Part shown: positions 1-5,965 of the stretch, one piece after another
Position numbering within the stretch: position 1 is the stretch's first letter
Layout of the letters: every line of letters starts with the position of its first letter
Source of the DNA: Chlorokybus atmophyticus
Taxonomy: Eukaryota; Plantae; Mesostigma and Chlorokybus algae
Length of the DNA: 9,504 nucleotides
Assembly: GCA_009103225.1 (NCBI GenBank)
Contig: RHPI01003152.1
Span: 1-9,504, forward strand
Reading direction: 5' to 3'
Notes under the pieces: generated by a model
Database searches by the model: none
The model's input: the letters and a program-made list of their open reading frames with translations, nothing else
Told to the model about the DNA's origin: nothing
Program-made: the position numbers and the translations under genes

Positions 1-620
1 AAGGGGTATGGTACGGTGGCAGCATGCATGGTGTGGACAATGCGAATGGCATGCATCAGCACAAGCATACACACGCTTTACACATGTGCTGCTTGTGAAT
101 GCGTGCGTGCATGCATGCCCATGTGCGTGTGTACATGATATGCTGGCAGTAGTTGAAGACATGCATGACCTCATGTGCGTGCATATGTACAAAGGATGCA
201 TATAAAAGATGTAACAGGCATTTGGCGTATGAGTAGTATAACAAATAGGATGCAAGGATTGTTGCAGTATATGCAAGTAGCTTGTACATACAATGCGAGG
301 TGCAATTGTGTGTGCTCTTGCGCGCGCACATATATGTATGCGCGGGTATGTTTAAGGGCAGCTGATCTCTGTGTCTGTCTCTGCGCGAGTCCAGAACGTG
401 CAAATGGGGTAGGTGTGCTAGTGTTTGTGTGCTGGTGCTGCATGCGTACGTGTACTCATGCATGGGTGGGTGGGGGTGCGCGCGTGACTGCCTGCATGTG
501 CGTATCTACGTGCGTGCGCGTCATAATGAATGCTGCCATTGCATGTGCACGCTTCTTTCTGTGTGCTCATTGTTTCAAGATTTCGCTGGCACTAAGTGTG
601 GCTAGTGGCATGCAAAGTGA
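1..620. repeat. Low-complexity TG/CA and TGCATG-rich non-coding tract with alternating purine-pyrimidine runs (intron or intergenic)
   Basis: Many gcatgc/gtgtg/gcgtgc units; strictly alternating runs at 99-118, 120-137 and 319-344. Overlapping ORFs here are C/M/H/V/A/T-biased artefacts of this composition. Confidence 0.7.
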
Positions 621-623
621 GTG

Positions 624-855
624 TCAGATCTTGATTACGTAACTCTCTGTGAGCCTCCTGATTTTGGCTGGGTTCGCGGGGTCGGCAGTGTTGCTGACGT
701 CGTGGGCGCGCAGGTACTGCTGGTGCTCTTTGCCAAAGAGTTTTTGGTATTGTTCTGCTTTGTTGCCCTCCTGCCTGTGCATATAGCCACACGCCCCCTA
801 GTCGAAGCCCCTAGCTAGCTATGGCTGGCCTGCTACTAACTCCTTACCATTGCAT
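624..855 (-). CDS. Unidentified spliced coding fragment: microexon 855-848 plus exon 774(or 770)-639, ...EGNKAEQYQKLFGKEHQQYLRAHDVSNTADPANPAKIRRLTESY; either continues leftward via a GT donor at 638 or stops at TGA 626-624
   Basis: Minus strand reads cccag|ATGCAATG|gtaagg...73 nt...gcacag|GCAG GAG GGC; intron size and signals match the introns of the neighbouring genes. The open frame has G/C at the third position in 32 of 45 codons and protein-like composition. Not in the supplied ORF track. No family recognised. Confidence 0.5.
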
Positions 856-985
856 CTGGGTGTGCGTGCATGTGAATTACATGCAGGCAAAGTCCATGGA
901 CAGATGAGAAAGCAGGCAAACTCAAACAATCACAATACAAAGCTGCACCACTTCACAGCACCCAGTTGGTACAAGGGTAGGCAGG

Positions 986-990
986 TTACA
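986..990 (-). terminator. Candidate TGTAA polyadenylation signal for the cupin gene
   Basis: TGTAA on minus strand about 150 nt after the cupin stop; UGUAA is the known chlorophyte poly(A) signal. A 5-mer also occurs by chance and its use in this taxon is unproven. Confidence 0.3.
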
Positions 991-1136
991 TGTGTTCACG
1001 AGACATCAGACTCAAGACTGTACACATCCAAGTCTAACCCAATGCGACACGCCATGGGAACGCACCTGCGAGCAGTTCGACGGATAGATGCAGGCATGTG
1101 TGCCTGTTGCATGCAAGCAGGGCGAAAGCAGACATG

Positions 1137-1502
1137 TCAATCCACATGCACTGCAAGCCACACTGTCGTCTGATCCGTGGCGGTCTGGTCGACTCGGTGC
1201 CTGCGGTGTGGTACAATCCAGACCCAGTCGCCGGGGCGGAGGCGGCGGGGCTCCTTGCCAGCCTGGTCTTCGTCCTCAAAGCGGAGGACGGCGTCGCCGA
1301 CGAGCACCACCACCCACTCGCCGCCAGGCTGGTCGTACCAGAAACCAGGCGGCGAGGCGGACCCCGCCGGCGACACAATACGCTCGATCCGCACCCCAGG
1401 CCGAGCCAGCAACTCATTCAACTGCTCCTCTCCGCCGCCGACCACGCCTTCAACACCCTCAAAGACGTTGCCGGTGTCGACCACACCGCCGCCACCGTTC
1501 AT
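1137..1502 (-). CDS. Cupin-domain protein of the small bacterial-type family (RIERIVS...S(P)xxFWYDQxxxEW...PxxxxHRV...TVWLAVH); core 121 aa, N-terminal extension unresolved (possible starts 1679 unspliced, or 1731/1668 with a 64-nt intron 1604-1541)
   Basis: Translation MNGGGGVVDTGNVFEG...RIERIVSPAGSASPPGFWYDQPGGEWVVVLVGDAVLRFEDE...LRPGDWVWIVPHRRHRVDQTATDQTTVWLAVHVD* has both cupin beta-barrel motifs and ends where bacterial members end; core is intronless, about 68% GC with strong codon bias. Confidence 0.88.
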   Translation of the reverse strand: MNGGGGVVDTGNVFEGVEGVVGGGEEQLNELLARPGVRIERIVSPAGSASPPGFWYDQPGGEWVVVLVGDAVLRFEDEDQAGKEPRRLRPGDWVWIVPHRRHRVDQTATDQTTVWLAVHVD

Positions 1503-1760
1503 GCTCTTCAGGCTGCCGCCCTGCCTTCTGCCACCCAGCTCTGCACACCTATGCCGACTGATGCCTAAGTCAACTTGACGCAGCACCAACCGACACGCCG
1601 CAACCCTCGTCCAGCACGGAGCCAACGACGCCGTTGCCGTCGCCGCCGCCCCCGCCGACGACAAGCATGTCGCCAGCATGGCCCAGAGCGCCAATGAGCG
1701 GTAAACACAACTGCTCGCACACAAGCTTCATGTTGGGTCAGTGCCCGCCACGCTCTCAAT

Positions 1761-1773
1761 CCCTAACCCTAAA
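1761..1773 (+). promoter_or_regulatory. Telo-box-like interstitial telomeric motif CCCTAACCCTAAA
   Basis: Two tandem CCCTAA units containing AACCCTAA, in the promoter between cupin and RPA1; telo-boxes (AAACCCTAA) are established in promoters of plant replication and translation genes. Confidence 0.55.
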
Positions 1774-1775
1774 GC

Positions 1776-1783
1776 GCGGGAAA
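1776..1783 (-). promoter_or_regulatory. E2F/DP binding site TTTCCCGC
   Basis: GCGGGAAA on plus strand is the exact reverse complement of the canonical plant E2F site, 135 nt upstream of the RPA1 ATG; RPA1 is a classic E2F target class. Confidence 0.75.
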
Positions 1784-1800
1784 CCGTTTTGCGCGGGTAG

Positions 1801-1836
1801 CGTTCAAACGTTCAAAAGCGGGGCATTTGAAATGCC
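1801..1836. promoter_or_regulatory. Cluster of three TTTGAA (CHR-type) motifs with a CDE-like GCGG
   Basis: TTCAAA at 1803-1808 and 1811-1816 (direct repeat CGTTCAAA x2), TTTGAA at 1826-1831 preceded by GCGG (1818-1821) with a 4-nt spacer. Confidence 0.5.
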
Positions 1837-1884
1837 GCAGTTCCCCGCAATCTTTGCGTCCAAGTGTCCATCAAAGTGTGTAGT

Positions 1885-1892
1885 TTTGGCGG
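1885..1892 (+). promoter_or_regulatory. Second E2F-consensus site TTTGGCGG
   Basis: Matches TTTSSCGS, about 25 nt upstream of the RPA1 ATG. Confidence 0.6.
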
Positions 1893-1917
1893 CTTAGCGG
1901 CGGCAGTGGCGGTAAGC

Positions 1918-4900
1918 ATGGCCGCGGCAGTAACGCCCGGGTGCTTGGCGAGGATGTTGGAGACGCTCTCTACCGATGTCGATGTGGACTACAGGGTGCA
2001 GGTGCGTTACTGCGTTCTCATTGCCCCATTGCTCGCTTGGTCGCTTGGTCAGTCAGCTCACTGCTGTTTGTGTTGGGCTGGCAGGTTCTGAACCCTACCA
2101 GGCTGAGAGAAGGTTCAAACTCTCTGACGTAAGCAATGGGACACGTTCTCTCAGTGTATTCTGTATGATGGAGGCATGCTCAGTTGCTGAGCTGATTGCG
2201 TTTGACGCCAATGCCAGGTGCATGCTGTCGGACGGCCATCAGACCCAAAAAGGCATTGTGCCTGACCTCTGGGAAGCCTGCCATGCTGGCAGGATCCAGC
2301 ACACTGGAGTCATCCGCATCAAACGCTACGGCGTCAAAGCCAAGTAAGCTTCAATACCACCATCACAGTTTACGGCCGCTTAGTACCACATCAAGTAGCA
2401 CAATGCACGTCAACAAGCTTCCCCCCTTACTCACTGAGCAGCACGCTTCCTGCATTGCAGTGTTGCAGTGGCCACAAGCGTGGATATAGTGGAGAGGTCG
2501 CTCGGGCAGGAGCTTGAGTTGGGTGCGTCCCACATGGCCATGCCGTCTACAGCAGAGCAGCAGCCTCTGAAGAAGATGATGACCAACAACGGCAGCCCGG
2601 CGCCTGTCACCCCGGCACGCACAAGCTACCGCACCGCAGAGTTCACACCCAAGACAGACGACAAACGAGCCCAAGAGTAAGTCACGTCTTTACTGTCCAA
2701 CTGTCGTTGCACTGCTTTTGCGTTTGACTCTTGCCAAAAGGAACTATTCTTGACTGCATCACAAAGGTCGTCTGCATTCTTTGCTTGTACTGGAAGAGAA
2801 AAGCTGATAGTGTTAGCGGTTTCAGTGTCTCGCCGCCAGCCGCGTCAACAAGGATGCCTTCTGCATCGCGTCGGGTGCACCCAATACAGTCTCTCAACCC
2901 GTACCAGGGCGGATGGACCATACGCGCGAGAGTTACCAGCAAAGGGGACAAGCGCACATTCCGCTCTGCTCGGGGCGAGGGGTCTGTCTTCACCTTGGAA
3001 CTGACTGATGAGCAGGTGAGTTTGAGGTACATACCGCACCGCCAATTACCCTCTATGGCGGGGCAAGCATACTGACTGCTGGCTCTACCCTTCAGGGAAC
3101 CCAAATTCAAGCTACAGCGTGGAGGGACACAGCTGACAAGCTGTTTGACATTCTGCAGCTGCATAAGGTGATTGTCGTGCACATGTGATTCTGAGCATTA
3201 AAGTTGCAGCAAGCAGCCTGCTGCAGTGCGCTTGATGTTTGGGGCCTGTTTGGAATAGGTGTATTTCATAACCAACGGGCAGCTGAAGCCGGCAGACAGG
3301 CGATACTCCTCCCTGAATAATCACTACGAGATGACATTCACGCACGAAACAAGAGTGGAGGAATGCCTGGATGCCGATGCGCAGAAGCTACCTGACGCCG
3401 TCTTCAAGTTTGTGCCGATTGAAGAATTGGGATTGCACTTACCAAAGGAAGGTTGCGACATTCGCCGCGTGCCACTGATAGGTATACACTTTGTTTGCTC
3501 AGTTTTCGTCGGAACAACTTACCAACTGCGCCTAAGATGATTGTGCACTGCAGACGTGGTGGGAGTCGTGCAAAAAGCCGGTCCGCTGAGCTCAATAAAG
3601 AGGAAAAGCGATGGCACCGAGCTGATGAAAAGGGACATCACAATCACCGATGAGAGGTAGTAGACAACAAAGCCGCAACACTATATTCTGGTGCCAAGTA
3701 GTCTTTATCAATGAAGAGCCTGTCCTGTGTTGCAGCTCAAGAACAGTACAGCTCACTTTGTGGAACAAGCTGGCGGAGGATGCCGCCACATCAGTTAATG
3801 AAAATGACGTGGTTGCGGTGCGAGGCGTGCGTGTTAACGACTTTAATGGTGAGCCCACACAACAATGGTAATGCATGCGTACGGCTCAGTTTCGGCATGC
3901 TAACTGCCATGTCACCTGCGATTGTGCAGGGGTGTCACTCTCCACAGTGACCAAAAGTCAGTTGACGACATCACCAGGAGTGCCTGAGGCCGAGAAGCTT
4001 CGTCGATGGTGAGTGCGAGTGCCAACATGTTGCGAACTACTAAGTAAACCCTGACTTTTGGATTATGACAACAGGTGGGACTCAGAAGGCAGCCACTCCC
4101 CGCTGACACCATTAAATGCGGGCATGCCAAGCGCATCCAAGGGGATGCGAGGCTCAACCGAGCGTAAATTCATCAAAGAACTCACTGCTGAAGGCGTCGG
4201 CCAATCCAAGGTAGGAAGTTGCGTGTACTTGTACTTATCTACTTAATTGCTGTGTGCTTGTGGTGCCATGCTCAATAGTGCGTGTGTGTGCGCAGCCGGA
4301 GTACTTCACGCTGAAGGCCAAGATTGTGTTCATAAAGCCCGACCAGCAGCTGTGGTACAACGCATGTCCAAAGGAGGGCTGCAACAAGAAGGTCACAGAC
4401 GACCAGGGCGGTAAACACTATTGTGAGGGCTGCCAGCAATCGTACCCGTCATGCCAGCACCGGTACGTGCCGCACACGCTTACAAACATTATCACAGTCA
4501 TGGATCTGTGTCCGCATGATGCTGATTAGTGCTTTGCACAGATACATTGTCAGCATGCGCGTGGCGGATGCCACCGGGGACTCCTGGGTTGTCACCTTCC
4601 ATGACCAAGCCGTTTCAATACTTAAGATTTCTGCAGACGTGCTTGCCGACTTAAGACAAGCTGTAAGTTGTAATGAATGTGATGGGTTCCTTTGTGCAAT
4701 GCTGATCACAGTCTCAGTGCCACTCTTTGACTTGGGAAAAACAAGCGCCGTATTGAGCTGTGTCACATCTGCAGGATGAAGCTGCCTTCAAGCAAAGGCT
4801 GCAGGATGTTGTGTTCAACGAATACATATTTAGGTAAGAAACACCAGTGGTTTGGTCAAGCATGCAGCTCTGCCGAGAGAGTTGAGATCTGGCAGTGACT

Positions 4901-5045
4901 TCAACTCAACCTATGCAGGGTGTCGGTGGTGATGCGCGAGTACAACAATGAGATGCGGCAGCGAGTCACTATTGTGGGCCTTCAGCCTGTTGACTATGTA
5001 GCAGAGAGCAACTACCTGCTTCAAGAAATTGCCAAGTACTCATAA
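1918..5045 (+). CDS. RPA1: Replication protein A 70 kDa DNA-binding subunit, most similar in motifs to plant RPA1B/D; 15 exons: 1918-2001, 2085-2128, 2218-2343, 2461-2676, 2826-3015, 3096-3167, 3259-3481, 3554-3656, 3736-3848, 3930-4008, 4075-4210, 4296-4462, 4542-4662, 4775-4833, 4919-5045
   Basis: All 14 introns are GT-AG (66-149 nt) and phases join into one 1860-nt frame (619 aa + stop). Recognisable motifs: LSDG (DBD-F), HPIQSLNPYQGGWTIRARVTSKG and ELTDEQGTQIQAT (DBD-A), DVVGVV...KRDITITDES...LTLW (DBD-B), WYNACPKEGCNKKV...YCEGC zinc finger and EYNNEMRQRVTI (DBD-C). N-terminal exon boundaries are less certain than the rest. Confidence 0.96.
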
Positions 5046-5791
5046 AGTGCTGCCATCATATGGCGCGCGCACAACTTGTATCAATGTACAATGCTGTCTA
5101 GTTTGTAGCCTTTATAAAGACAATCCTCTACTCTACTACTACTTGAACCCTACTGACGACCTGTGTGGGTGTGTTTCCATAACACCAAACGTATGCTTGT
5201 CATATGCACATTGATGCGCGTACTGGCGCTTTGAGTTGCTGAATGACCTCCAAGTATTGTGGCAATGTTACCAGAGTGTTGTTGCCCACCTAACCATTTC
5301 CTCCAGGTTTGCTTAGAAGAAGCTTCCAGCTTTGGGGGGCCCTTGTTCTGTCATGTGAACTCGTTATAGGTTTTTTCTTGTGCAAAATTGCACATGCTAT
5401 GTGTACATAAAGTAGTGGTTCCCCCTCTGTCTGTGCGTGTCGGTGTGCTGGGTGCACACAGTGCATGAATCACATTACAAATTTCATGCTGTCTGTGCTT
5501 GTGTATGAATGCATGTACGGGGAATGTTGGCATGCGTGTCCAAGCAGCTGCTCCAATGGACACACATGCTTGAACCGTCTGTCCATCTTCTCAAGCATCA
5601 ATAAAAAAAATGCACTGTCAAAGCCAACGACACGACTTGGCATGCTAATGCCATATCAGTGCGTAACCTGCCTTGACTGGTGTGTGTAAACTGAGCATGG
5701 CTGGCGAGGCTGTGGCCAATTGGACACTGCACAGCCTACAGCCAGAAGTCTGTCTACACTTTGATAACCAACTTGGCCTGCTGAATTGCCT

Positions 5792-5796
5792 TTACA
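5792..5796 (-). terminator. Candidate TGTAA polyadenylation signal for the glycosyltransferase gene
   Basis: TGTAA on minus strand about 170 nt past the predicted stop at 5966; similar spacing to the cupin candidate. Not independently verifiable. Confidence 0.3.
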
Positions 5797-5965
5797 GCTT
5801 GCCCGCTAGCTACAAACAATGGTAAGCTTTGCTGCAACAAGCTGCACTGGCAGTCAATGGTTCCATGTGTACACGTGCCGGCGCCGGTGTACTGGTGCTG
5901 TGGCGATGTTGCCCTAGAAAACAAAAGGCTCCAAGAATTGGACGCTGAGGGCGTGCAGAGTGTCA

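Noticed and set aside
8-642. ORFs of 65-155 aa in the first 640 nt
   Set aside because: Composition dominated by C, M, H, V, A, T from TG/CA repeats; no codon bias or motifs.
1104-1200. GC-AG intron that would fuse the cupin directly to the downstream exons
   Set aside because: Donor GCACCG is a poor GC-donor match and splicing would delete the conserved HRV...WLAVH end of the cupin barrel.
1034-1578. Long ORFs overlapping the cupin (1088-1561 +, 1098-1568 +, 1177-1578 +, 1034-1417 -)
   Set aside because: Antisense or shifted shadows of a GC-rich coding region with few stops; Arg/Pro/Ser-rich or no family motifs.
2682-3182. 166-aa minus-strand ORF
   Set aside because: Antisense to RPA1 exons 5-6 and introns; no recognisable features.
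4046-4054. AAACCCTGA telo-box-like motif in RPA1 intron 10
   Set aside because: Single imperfect copy far from the promoter; overlaps a likely branch point (CTGAC).
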